A DNA stretch of 64,000 nucleotides. It comes from Tubiluchus corallicola. Its lineage: Eukaryota; Animalia; Priapulida. Positions 32,101 through 44,344 of this stretch are shown piece by piece (within the stretch, counting starts at the first letter, position 1; the number at the start of each line of letters is the position of its first letter). The DNA is taken from the NCBI GenBank assembly GCA_030141605.1, contig JAQGDQ010000057.1, forward strand, positions 1 through 64,000. Direction: 5' to 3'. A model generated the notes under the pieces. The model was not told the origin of the DNA. It did no database searches and saw nothing but the letters and a program-made list of their open reading frames with translations. Both the position numbers and the translations under genes were made by a program.

Positions 32101-33681
32101 CTGAAATGATGAATTCTCCAGTCACATCAACATTTAATTAACTCATGAGTTGTAGGGAAAATAAATTCAGTAAGATGAGTTCAGAACAACTGCATACTAA
32201 AGATTTTTATGATACACTAAGTTCTCATTGTAACAGACTAACTGGGATGAGGGAAAGTACTTTATAATATTTTATAGTGATGTGAACACAGCCATAAAAC
32301 CTATAGATTAAGCCTGTGCAACACAATAATCACAACATACATAGCCAGTCAAGAAGGTAAATGAATCATACACTGGGAGTTGCCCCATAATGCCTTGTGC
32401 TCACTGTCAAATACATCACCTGCCAACCTAAAGTCTGGTCTAGACACAGGCCATTGTTATACCGACTTGCCTGTTGTAACTAGAATGATAAATAATCTGA
32501 AATCTGTTAAAAGGAAACTGGACGATTTTTCATATCCTAGCACATTATGAAGTATGGTAAAAGTATACATCTTACTTAGCTATACGCTAATATGCTATAC
32601 ACTCTATGTGCTAACACGTGTGCACTGCATCATAACTGAACTGAAAGGTACAGTGCCTGTTTTGTATGCAATGCTATATCATTTCTATATCCATGGTACT
32701 GAACAATTACATTTCATTGTCGTGTTTCCACGTTAAATGCGGGAGTTCACTTTTACATGTATTTGGTTAGCGACAGTCGATTTTAGTCCACAAATCTGAC
32801 AGTAGGTGCTTATCAAACTCACATTTTCTTTAGAATATATTCTCATTCTGACGTGCCTCTCGACATTTTCTTCATGTTGCTTGACGAAAATTAGCTCTTC
32901 TTCTTTTTGCTGAAAAGCATGGATGGTACCATAATACAAAAGTTAGTAATAGTAGAGTAAATACAATTATGTAAATATACATACAACTGACTATCGCATT
33001 TCTAATCTACAAACTTACAATTTTCTTTTAAAACCACATTCAAGACATTCTCCTAGACTATAACACAGGAAGCAGGGGGATTTGAGTTCAGTCTGCGGAC
33101 AAGTCATACACAAAACTTTTCTGTGCCAATCAAGTGGAATTACTAGAAAAAAGCAGGGTTACAATGGGCTACCATCCATTACCCATTTTGTTGACCAAGC
33201 TTCTACAATGCTCAAGAATAGTGCGAAGCACAGTAATTTGGGCAGCGCTGAATGCATAATCAAATTTTCTTGTCTAAGTTGTTCACAATGCTTCTCTTTG
33301 CTGAATCATTTTTAAGGATTAAGGTGATACATGCACTGTCCACGCGAGTGGTTATGTTGAATTTGATTGAACTTTAGCCCTGAATAACAGCATCTGTTCC
33401 TTTTTTTAGTCTACACATGGTTAAACTTTGCATAATAAATGCATATCTGAATTTCATTTTTTATGAAACGAAAAGGCTGTTTTTATTAAGTAGGGTTACT
33501 TTCATTAGTTAAATCCAATTACCTTTAACAAACGATCCCGTTCATCTTTCTTGTGGTATAGCCATTGTGCCAGATACTCTATTGGATCAGCCGGGCGTTT
33601 AAGGCAAACTTCGGCTAATGCGATAGAAAGGAGATCGGTCAGTTGTTCCTGGATGTATCGTGAGTCATTCTGACTGTCCAT
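31729..33681 (-). CDS. Dpy-30 motif protein (DYDC-like), about 205 aa, with coiled coil and acidic C-terminal tail
   Basis: Exons 33681-33523, 32909-32823, 32100-31729, all phase 0 with GT-AG junctions; N-terminal DSRYIQEQLTDLLSIALAEVCLKRPADPIEYLAQWL is a Dpy-30/RIIa-type dimerisation motif. Confidence 0.85.
32823..32909 (-). CDS. DYDC-like middle exon
   Basis: ttttcag|CAA...AAT|gtgagt; QKEEELIFVKQHEENVERHVRMRIYSKEN. Confidence 0.75.
33523..33681 (-). CDS. DYDC-like first coding exon (Dpy-30 motif)
   Basis: ATG at 33681, acceptor at 33695, donor AAG|gtaatt; contains RPADPIEYLAQWL. Confidence 0.9.
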
Positions 33682-35509
33682 CACTTTATTTGTCCTATCA
33701 GTTACTCTCACAAAAATATCCTTAAAAGCACAAGTTTAATATAAGAATATTAGAAATCTGGCACTTTACAATGAATTGCGAGAATCGCTCAATGGATTCA
33801 TTGAATTTCCCAAATGGCTCATTTATAATTCATATACATGGCAGTTACACAGGAAGCAATTACAGTAATTACTTATAGCATGAATAAATAAAGAAACATT
33901 TCTTCCAACCAGGCCTGGCTCTACCAATAGGCAAACTAGGCAGTAGTCTAGAATGCCAAACTCTGGGAGTAATTCTTTAATTTTTAAGTTTAGCGTTACT
34001 ATAAGTAATATAGTATATAATATGTAATTGCTCAAGTGCAGAACACTTCACTGTAACAAATTGCTTGAGTTATTTTCTGTCTAAAAGTATAATTCATCCA
34101 TCTAATACATCTAATACTCTTCCTCCAGCAAAATACTTTCTATTTTTGCTTTACCTGGCTTCCTAAGATTAGATCATTGTATGCATATATTACTGATGTA
34201 TTACTCTGTTTCTACCCGTAGTTTATATTGTGTGCATAGAGCAGCAGAGAAAGCAACAATTCCTTCATTTAATAGAAAATCTTCTTGCAATAGCATTTGA
34301 CTAATTGTGGCAAATAAAATTATAAGAATCAAAGCCTTCAGAAGCATACTAAAGGAAACAAAGGCTACAAAAGCTGAGCGGATATTGAACAGCAAAAAGA
34401 TTCACTAGTGAAGTTTGCAGCTAAACCAGAGTTATGATTGCGAAGATGATAAAACAGGTTAGTGAAATGAATGTTTGTGAAAAAAGCAGTTAGTGTTTCA
34501 AAAATTTTCTGACGAAAAGGCTGAGTGAAAATCTATCCAAGAGTAGCAGAAATTACAGAAATTTTAATTGCTCCTGAAGTCCAGGATGTACAATGCAGCA
34601 TAAATTGAATTTCAGATGAAATCAACGCAAGCTGAAGATAGGCAATTAACTACAGTTAATTAGTACACTATAATAACATATATAAGATGTATAATAACAT
34701 GTATACATGTACCATTATACTTTATTTTATGCAACAAAAATTCAATTTTGTGGGTGGGGTGCATGGGGACCATGGGTAAAGGTTAATAGTTTAGGAGGGG
34801 CGCTAAAAATACTTTTGCCTAGGAAGTGAAACTACGTAGAGCCGATCCTTCTTCCAGCTAGTTGAAGCAAAATTTAATGGTTTACCATCAAAAATACTCT
34901 AGTGGTTTATAACATTGAAACAAGTGTAAAAAGTGTGTGATGTCACATACTAAAAAGCTCCATACTAATAGTGCCATACATGTAATTCTGACTAATGAAT
35001 GAAATTTAAACAAATCAACATACGTACTGCAATTAATACATATACAAATAATATAATAAACTACAGACCCAAAATCACAACCTTTGCTGTCTTATTAGAT
35101 TTTAATGTTGTAGATTTAATATACAAGTAATACAGTGAAGTTTAAAAAAGTAAATTGTTGCAAGATACAGAAAACCCCGATTTCCTAACAACATCGTAAT
35201 CAAGTCACCCTCCAAAGCAGATAAAAACGTGACATTTATGCAACTTAATAATCATCATCAAATTCTCATTCTATCACCTGTTGACACTAAGGCATTACTA
35301 TTTATTAGCGCATTATCCTATCAGCAGCTAGCATAAGTTTATCTGTTCCTAAAGGCAGAGTTGGTTGGAGTTGTTGAACGTCCTTATTGATACTAGCTAT
35401 TAGTATTTTTATTATTTATTAAATATAACCACAACGATAATTACAGCATAGCACTTAAAATAATTTAATAACATATATAATAACGTATTATTATGTACAC
35501 AAAATGCCA

Positions 35510-35609
35510 AGCTGCAAATGACCCGTAGGAGTACTCAAGAAGTAATTACTTGTTGAGAGCACCCCAACAACTAATTAGTTCCCGAGTACCCCACGGGTCA
35601 TTTGTAGCT
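35510..35609. repeat. 100-bp imperfect palindrome (fold-back element); partial inverted copy at about 14390-14468
   Basis: Arms agctgcaaatgacccgtaggagtactcaagaagtaattacttgttg / caacaactaattagttcccgagtaccccacgggtcatttgtagct. Confidence 0.8.
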
Positions 35610-35748
35610 ATCCAAGTTGTTAATGGTTTGCCAGGTATTTTTTGCAAGAGTTTAAGACTTCTTCTATAGTGATTCTTACTGGTGTTTTACTTGTTAATCT
35701 CAGGCGGTAAAACAAAACTAAAAATCACTAATTCCAATGACGAACATT

Positions 35749-35821
35749 TGTTTACAACGGTTACAGGAAACGTCACCGGATTTCAATGCGCATGCTCGGC
35801 TCTCTTGGTTACTATGGAAAT
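35749..35821. promoter_or_regulatory. Putative bidirectional promoter core with forkhead site, two RFX X-box-like motifs and an NRF1-like site
   Basis: TGTTTAC 35749-35755, GTTACAGGAAAC 35760-35771, TGCGCATGC 35787-35795, GTTACTATGGAAAT 35808-35821, lying between head-to-head genes. Confidence 0.6.
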
Positions 35822-35918
35822 TGCGAAGCTACACGAAGTTTTTTCATAGTTACACTTGATTCCTGTCCAATGTTTTTGATAAGACGATTTTGGGAAATCT
35901 AGGCGCAGAAATTAACAA

Positions 35919-35994
35919 ATGGGGTTAAAGTTTACTTTTCCGCTGGTAGTGCAACCACTTATTTATGAACCTCACAGTTATTTTAATTCTAATG
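35919..35994 (+). CDS. EF-hand gene, tentative first coding exon
   Basis: ATG about 100 nt after the promoter motifs; MGLKFTFPLVVQPLIYEPHSYFNSN then G|gtacga, phase 1 matches the next exon. Confidence 0.55.
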
Positions 35995-38900
35995 GTACGA
36001 GTGGCTTTTGATTGATGTCTGTTAATAGTTAATCTAAATGATTATATTTATGGTCTGTTGATAGAATTCATGTATTTAGAGTGCTCATTTTATAAAAAAA
36101 ACTTACAGATTTGAGATTTTTTGCGTTTTTCCTAAACTGATTTTGGCTTGAATCTAATATTAGTCTTATATCACTTAAGTCAAGCATGTTCAGTGCCATG
36201 TTGCACCACGAACACTGTCATTGAAAATCCAGACATTCCAATGGTACAGCCGCCGATCTCAATTGAACTGAAAAGTTAAATAAAACAATTTCACATTTTC
36301 AAACCGGCACATCATTGCAATTTGGAATAATTATTTTAATTTTTCAGTTCTGTTGAGAATGACAGCTGGACTATCAAAAAGTTTTGATCTGAATAAAGCG
36401 GTATACTGTAGCGGATAGCCCTATAGGCTGAAGCCTAAGGCCCGGGATTAAAAGGGGCCCGGCAAAATAAAACGAAAAAAATTTTTTTTGTAAAAAAAAA
36501 ATAAATTGACAAAAGAGCAAGGGCCCGCCAAAATAAAATATAGAAAAAAGTCAGTTATAATTTCTGAAAAGTCCATTTTTTTCAACATATCTGACTCAAT
36601 ATGCATCAATGATAAATTGTTTAATTTATACAGTCCTAGTCCACAACTCAAGGATCAAGAAGATATAATTTTTATCACAATCAGTGGGCAAAAACTCACA
36701 AAATTAAACAAACTTACAAACGACGAGAGCTCCACAAAAACACGTCAGCTCAGCAGTGTAGCAACATTTAAAAGGCCCGTTCCAAGCTCAAGCCTAAGGC
36801 CCATAAAATCATAATCCGCCGCTGGCGGTATAAGTTTGTAATTAAGCTTAGAGGTACTTTTAAATTTCTTATACAGTTCAGTTATATGTATGGACACTGT
36901 AAGCTGGTATCCAGGCTAGTAAATTATCAGTTTGTTGTGTCAAGCCAGGAATCTAGCAAATTCTCAAGATAAACTTCTGAGATGAAACTAAATTGGCAGT
37001 GCTGCATGTGTCTTAGCTACATTCAAATGTAGACTCCATACATCCAATACAGCTATCCAATTTGAATGAGGCAAACTGCTGAAGACAATCTGATGAATGT
37101 AACTGCGCAAAAGTGAGTTTCTGAAGATAGTACAGGCAAAGAAACTGCCCACAAGAGATTTTCCTGGTAGTTACCCCTCTGTTTATACGAACCCGGCATT
37201 GTTTAACCTCAGTCCCTAAGTTCATATACCATAATCACTTTGGTAGTCCCTCACTTTTCAGCCTGTACTTACTAGTTGCTACTGTTATATTAGCTTAATT
37301 TAAAAAAAAACTGAAAATAGCAAGAGTTGAAAATCTGGCTTTCATTATTAGCTCCGTCCTGATTCCTATACATAATCATAACTTTCAAGTTATATGTCAC
37401 TTTAAGGAAAACCTGCCATTATAATCGCTCGCTTCCAATGATCTTGGTGATCCTATGTCTTGTTCATTAATTCAACAGATTCATTAATATGTCTGCATTT
37501 ATTAAATAGATGTGTCTGTTTAACAATGTCTCCATAACAGTTCTACAGTTTTGACTGTCAATATTTTATTGATTGGAGATATTAAGTTATGAATAATGTA
37601 CTGAAAAAAAAACAATAAAATAATAACTTATTATAGTACAATGTTCTTAACATGTTGTACATTACAATTTTTCATTTAGGCAAAAGAATAAAATCATTTG
37701 ATAAAAACAGATTACCAAATCCCTATGAAGCCATAATGCAAGAGTTCTGTGCGGGCATGATACAAGAACGCAAAGCTGTAAAAAGAGCAAAGAAGAGATT
37801 TCAAGGTTTGTACTCCCACAGTTATCCATTACTTATATATTATATATGGTCAAGTGATTGTTCATACATTATAATTTTGTACAACAGAAAAGGTAAGAAG
37901 GATGAAGGTTGAGGGAGGAAAAAGAAAAGGAGAGAGTGAGAGAATCACAGAAAGAGATATGGACAGAGAGAGTCAGGTATCTGAGTAGGGTCGGTTTTAA
38001 GCCAATCTGACAGATTGCTTCAAATTAGGCCCTGCCCTAAGAAGCCCCCTTTCACACACTCAAATTGAGGACTCTATGATGAATTAATAAGCATCCGGTG
38101 TAAACGATGATTTTTGATACTGTGAGCGCAGTAAAACCATTCAGTCTGACATTGCATATCTATGTTTCATGTTCTTTGCTGATCGTTTATTCATTTGTTT
38201 TGTAATTTCAGTTTACCATCTGTTTTTAGAAGGTACATGCACAAACAGTACATGAGTAATTATCTTGACTTGTAACAAAACATTTAATATTTCATACAGG
38301 TTTTTAATTTCTAGTACATACCATTGTTGGGTAATGGTGGAGCTTCAAGCTTTCAGTGTGTTTTGGCTGTGAGTGGAGTACTACACGAAGCATAAACCAT
38401 CAATGTTCAGCTTTCCTAGGGTAAAGGGCACCACTAACAATTTTCTAATTAGGCCCAGCACTTCCTACCACTGGCCCTGTATCTGAGTGTTTATACTTTA
38501 TAGTAGTTAGTGAAATTCTGAGAGAGCAAGAGCAAGTGGGAAAATGCACGGAAATGACAATGAAAAGTAGTAGAAGTGAATGCACCATCAGTAAAATTTT
38601 AATTAATTTAAGTTTAACCTTATGAAACTTACAGTCCTATGTTTAATTCCTACATAACAGTAACATGAATCTTCTGTAGAAGCCAATTTGCACAGCATAA
38701 GGGACAAGTATCCTAATTGGGATGACAACTTTATTCTGGACACAAAAGCAAAGTTTCAGACATTTGATACCAATCAAGATGGAGTTATCGATTTTCTTGA
38801 ACTGTAAGTCATGTTTGTATCTTTGTTTTAATTAGCTGAAAGAAAAAATCTGTCTAATACGCTGTCTTTCTTTCTTGCTAGTTACGTATTTAATATTAAT

Positions 38901-41887
38901 TGTGAATGTCTGAGTATATAAAACAGTAATTATTAAATGAGGATGATCACGAATCATGGACTGAATGATCAAACCTAACATAAGTTAACTGAGTTTTACC
39001 TGGTTTTGCATTCAAACGCTCATTCACTCAGTGACACAGATTATGCAGCCTGTATGTTATTTCAAAGACACATTATAAAACAAAAACACCCCTGTAAATT
39101 CCGAAATCCTACTTTCTAATTCAAATACCTATCTGTTTCCTGTGCAAAATCTATAAATGTAAATGCCACACTCCGAATCTTTGAGTTCAGTGGTTGCTAA
39201 AAATGGGTCAAATGCCAAACAGGGCAAACCTGCTCAGGACTGTCCTTCCAGGATTTGCCGTCCAACTGTTTTAGGCATCAATGTAAGAGTCTAATAACCC
39301 TCAAAGGTTACCCTGAGCAAACCTCAAAGGTACATCGCTTTTTATGTTTTGTGTTTAACCAGATACCTGTTCAGTTCAATCATAAAGGTTCTTTAACATT
39401 TCCAAAATGTTAGCAGTTTGATGTTTTTTCAAAGTTTACTCTTTTATTCAACAACTAGTTAGTCAACCATTTTGGTCAGGTCTTATGCTGCCATTTTAAT
39501 GCTGGCTTAGCGGCTCCCACTCATCTGGTTTGGTAATCAATTTTCAAGACATGGCGTTAGAACCGAGGCCTCTCACCCACAACAGCTCTGGTTCAAACCG
39601 TCCAGGGGTTAATGCAGCTACCCTGGTGGCGAGATCCTGATGGCAGAACAATATGTACCAATGAAGTTTCATTAATAAATGATGTTTTTTTTATAATAAT
39701 TAGTTTAGATGCTCCCCAAAGGTGCTTGCCAAGTAAAGAGAAAAATAAAAAGAGTAAAAAGTAAAGAAAAAACTAATGTACCCCTCACTATCAGTAAGTT
39801 GCATCACATGGAACAAGATGACTGGTAGGGACAGCATTTAGAAACAGTTAGCAAGATATGAACTGTGTAACATCGATTCTCCACCAGATTTGCACACACA
39901 GTATTAGTTTTACAGATCTATCATTTCTTCGCTTTAGGAGCCAAGCGATGGATGAATGGGGTGATACAACAGGTACAGAAGCAAGAAGGAAGGTCTTTGA
40001 CCATGTGAATACAGATCACAGTGACGGCATTGATTTTGACCAGTTTTGTGTGGTAAGTGTAACTACAAATAAAAAAAATTTTCAGTACTGTGTTAACCTT
40101 GGTCTATCTCATTTCTTATACATGTACTTGAGAAAATGCTACTGTAGTCTAAGCAGCAGACTAAATATAATATAGTATAACACAATAACATAACATAATA
40201 TAAGACAACACAACATATCGTAACACAACACAACCCAACATAACATAACATAATAAAATTGCCTACACTCTGTTGTGGGTTCAGCTGTGTATTTTAAATT
40301 GAATTTTTTTTAATTGTGGAACACTGTTCTAACTTTCATACGACACTGTAAATTTTATATGTTTTTGTCTCATTTTTGTACACGGTAATTTCAGTACTTT
40401 TAGTATAGTTTTAGTCATTGTAAATATTTTAACTGTATGTCTTTATTGCTTATGCTGAAATAAATAGCAGTAATAAAATGAAATAAATAAACATACTACT
40501 GATTGTATTTGCATTCAACGAACAATGTTGATCATATGTAATCACATTAAGAAAAACAATTGCTTGACAGTACCTGAAATTCTGTAGTAGACCAGGACAA
40601 AAACACTAAGTGAAACTTTAAAACCTATTGGTTGTGATACGTCTAGTTAAGCAAAAAGTTGGTGCATCATCTCCATAAATTTCTGTTTCATCTCCAATTA
40701 AGGAGATCCCAGGGCCGTCTTAACGCATAGGCACACTGGGCAGTGGCCTGGGGACCCATGCTAATCTATGTAGCAACTACCTGTCAATAAATCCATACTA
40801 TATCATACTAAATTATAAATATTTGTTATTATGCTACAAGTGGACAATGGCATTTGCCGTAATGTTTTTATGTACCATTATGTAAAAATACAAACATTTT
40901 TGTGTTTATCAAAGCTCATGTTATAATTATTGCTCAAACATTTGTGTTGCTTAATCTTTGCTGTGCAGTATTTTTTCAACATTTAAACACTGTTTCTGTT
41001 GGAAGTACATTACCAATACAGTAAATATGTTTAATTTTATTGACCATTTACATTTTTATTACTGTGAGTGGTGTGTAGGTAAGGACCCCGCTGCAATGCT
41101 TTGCCAGGGGGTGTATAATGCCGTTAAGGTCTAGAGGGTTGTCAAGCCAGTTGACAGATTAAATTGGTAATTTTTCCCATGTGAAATTGGTGTATTTTCT
41201 GTTTGAACCCAATTCTTAATTGTTAGTACTGAAGTGTTTAAAATTTTGTTTTAATGTCAATGTCTAATTTCTGACATATTAGAACATTTAAGATTTGAAA
41301 GTTGTGTAGATGACTCCGATTGGCTGATTCAGTTACAAATAAGGACTCTGGTGAAAGCCGGAAAACATGCTGTAATAATAAGTAGTAATGGCACAGGCAA
41401 CATTCCCTTTTTATGGGAGATCCAGCATGGTGTCTTGTACCTATGAGTCACTATCTATTTTATTGTACTAGAAATAAATATGAAGTTCAGGCTTTTTGCC
41501 ACTGACTGCCATTCTACATTCTTAAAAGTTTTCTTGATCTGTGTAAATTTGAATATTAAATGAATCCACATTTAGTTTAAAATATTACAGATGGCAGAGT
41601 ATTGTCATACAACCAGTAGCAGTAGCATTTTATGATTTTTTGCAGAAGATTCTTAACACATAGGCATTTTAGGCTGTCAAGTGGATAGCATACAGGCATC
41701 TTGCCTTTCACTTAAACTTAGCAGAACTTACTTTTTATCATTTTTTCAGCTAGTGGACAACATCAAGGAGAAAAGAGAAGATGAAGCAGCAGAAGCGCTA
41801 GCACCAATCATCGAATACGGAGCTGATGGTATACATGCTATGAGACAGTTGTACATTGAAGACCAACTGTATCATGGATTATTCTAG
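35919..41887 (+). CDS. Uncharacterised EF-hand protein, about 192 aa, two EF-hand-like loops
   Basis: Exons 35919-35994 (tentative), 37680-37805, 38680-38803, 39938-40052, 41750-41887 are phase-compatible; loops DTNQDGVIDFLE (canonical) and NTDHSDGIDFDQ (variant). Confidence 0.82.
36406..36824. mobile_element. Non-autonomous hAT element
   Basis: Perfect 8-bp TSD GCGGTATA (36398-36405, 36825-36832), imperfect TIRs CTGTAGCGGAT/ATCCGCCGCTG, minus-strand relic LNNLSLMHIESD resembling the hAT C-terminal dimerisation region. Confidence 0.88.
37680..37805 (+). CDS. EF-hand gene exon 2
   Basis: atttag|GC...G|gtttgt; KRIKSFDKNRLPNPYEAIMQEFCAGMIQERKAVKRAKKRFQ. Confidence 0.78.
37986..38479. mobile_element. 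Non-autonomous hAT-type MITE
   Basis: Perfect 8-bp TSD TATCTGAG (37978-37985, 38480-38487); TIRs TAGGGTCGG / CTGGCCCTG. Confidence 0.85.
38680..38803 (+). CDS. EF-hand gene exon 3 (EF-hand 1)
   Basis: ctgtag|AA...CT|gtaagt; ...KAKFQTFDTNQDGVIDFLEL. Confidence 0.88.
39938..40052 (+). CDS. EF-hand gene exon 4 (EF-hand 2)
   Basis: ctttag|G...GTG|gtaagt; SQAMDEWGDTTGTEARRKVFDHVNTDHSDGIDFDQFCV. Confidence 0.88.
40710..41130. mobile_element. hAT-type MITE remnant
   Basis: Left end CAGGGCCGTCTTAAC with a partial inverse (GTTAAG) near 41124 and GC-rich subterminal motifs; right TIR eroded. Confidence 0.55.
41750..41887 (+). CDS. EF-hand gene terminal exon
   Basis: ttttcag|CTA...TAG; LVDNIKEKREDEAAEALAPIIEYGADGIHAMRQLYIEDQLYHGLF*. 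Confidence 0.82.
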   Translation, partial: LVDNIKEKREDEAAEALAPIIEYGADGIHAMRQLYIEDQLYHGLF

Positions 41888-44203
41888 AATGTGTCTTACA
41901 CAATTACAAAATAACAAACAGTATGGTTTTCTGCTTTTCCATGTTTAACATAATTTATTAAATCTGTATTGATTATTATTTACAATGCTACTTTTTTACT
42001 ACTATTTTTAAATTTCAAAAAGTGATTAATACATGTTTTCACATTTCATTAACTATAGTCAGAAAAAATATTGCTTAACATGTTATGTTTTAGAAAATAA
42101 TTGCCAAAATTTTCAGTAATACAAATTGCTTTTGAATTTTATTATTGTCACAATCTATGGTTGGATTAGACAAGCAAATATAAATTAGAAGTAATTAAAC
42201 AATGCATTTGAAGGCAATATCAAGAAACCTATAAAACAACATTTTCTCAACTATATAAAGCAAATCGACTATATCACAGTTTCGCAGTTCTTTTTGGGCT
42301 TCGCTACAAAATTATCAGTGATTACTAGTTATTACATCTGCACTGAAACATCGTTGCTCGGACAATTCAATAGCTCCAAGCTAATGTCAAATTAAAGAAA
42401 CCGAGTTCACTGGTCAGTAAGTGAGAGGCAAGCAATGCAGACTGTAGACATGGTCTAGTAGGTCAGATTCAAGTCATGTTAACGTGAATGCCAGAACGTG
42501 TGACCCATCATCAGTATGTTGGGATGAAGAACCAAAATTTTCGTATTCCATTACTTATCGCAGAAGATCAGGAAATGACCATTTTAATTATTATACTGAA
42601 CATGAATTCAAGACTGTGTCCAGGCTTGCATCAAAATTAAACGTTAAAATAGAAGTTAGTGAAACTGACCAAGTACAGCCATACGGCACACGTACAGTGT
42701 ATTTCAAAATATGGATACATAATCATGAACATATCAGTTGTTCAAATGTCATATTACTGAAACTGATTAAGTAATGCTATATGGCATTCGTACAGTGTAT
42801 TTTAAAACATGGATACTTAATCTTGAACATACCAGTAGAACACAAAGAAAACAATGCTGCATTAACACTCACTTTCAACTGGTTTGAGTCCGCTCATTCC
42901 CCAAATGAATGATAAAGTCCAACAGGTACATTTGCAGTCTGACTTCCTGAGCATTGTTTGTGACGTGAAAACCAGGTACACCTGCTTTCTCTAATGTTAC
43001 CTGTTGATCACTCACCTGTTCAAAAACACACACAGGTTAGTACTTTGCTAACGATGACTGCAGAATGTTCGAAAAGGAGCGGGAGAAACATGCCGATATG
43101 CTAAAGAAATGAACATGGACGTTTGTATTGTGACATCATAATGATGTAAAAATAAATAAGTAATTTACTTGGAAATGCAATTATACAATTGGTTTTCAGA
43201 ATCATTGAAAAAACATACAGTTAATATTAATGATTATCATGCAACAGCATGTATATATCATTATAACCTTTCACGAAAGATCAGTAAAAGCTGCAAAATT
43301 CTGATATTACTAATGGTAATAATTTGAACCGAATAAAAATGTTAAGAACTTTAAAAACAAACATTAAAATTTACTATTAGTGTTTATGTATCTTGTTTTG
43401 TTGTCACATAAAATTTTAGCCTAAAAATAACAAGGATCATAATCCACATGGTGATATAAATTTAACTACAATAAGTTGTGGAAATTAAAATGGAAAAATA
43501 CATAACCGACATGATTGCTGACTGACTAGTTAATTGATGTGATTGACCAACTCGCTTGCTTACTCATTCTCTGATTCACGGATTGGATGACTAGCTGGGT
43601 GACTGACTTATAAACTGACTGACTAACAGACTAAACAAAAGCAGCAATTGGCAGACTTACTGAATGGTGGTTAGGTTGATTCGGTGACCAAATGGCAGAC
43701 TGAAGAATGTTTGATTAAGCGTGTGACTGAGTCACAAACTGACTAAATTGCCTGACTCAAGCAATGAACGTCAAATTCAATTGGTGGCTGGAGTAGCTCA
43801 CTAATAAACTACCTGATTGACTGATAAACTGCCTGGAAAATGCATTAATTATAATTCTTTACTTCAGAGTGAGGGACTAACTGGGAAACTCAATGACCAG
43901 CTAAGCTAGTTGGTTTGCAAATTATTTAACTTATTAGCGCTTGTAATATATTTTAGATTAAGGTTGTAACCTTGATTAAAACTGTGCATAAGCGCTGTAT
44001 CAAAAATACACAACAACAAGAGCAGTTCCAGTATTCTATACGTACTATCTGTCCACTACACACTATGAAAGGAGGATCTAGCTTGCACAAGTCATAGTTA
44101 TATTTATAAGACAAATCTTCAAGTGGACTTCAACGCAACTCAAGAAATTCGTCGAGGACTATGTTGAGCTGACAGTGCTGTTCTGGTTACGTGTGACACT
44201 GAC

Positions 44204-44320
44204 TGCGCATGCGCGTAGTAGCTGCAACATAACTGAAACCCCCAGTAATGTTGATAAAAGCTCATATTATACGACGGACGTGCCAACACTGTTTGCATTT
44301 GTTGTCACTGTGCATATAAA
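44204..44320 (+). promoter_or_regulatory. Putative GPCR promoter (NRF1-like site and TATA-like box)
   Basis: TGCGCATGCGC 44204-44214 and TATAAA 44315-44320, about 90-200 nt upstream of the predicted ATG. Confidence 0.45.
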
Positions 44321-44344
44321 TTTAGATCGTCCATTGTGACGTAG

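Noticed and set aside
39550-39610. tRNA B-box-like GGTTCAAACC
   Set aside because: No cloverleaf can be drawn; at most an eroded SINE head.
42484-42774. 96-codon intergenic ORF
   Set aside because: Non-ATG start, no recognisable domain, overlaps a local direct repeat of about 58 bp (42681 and 42779).
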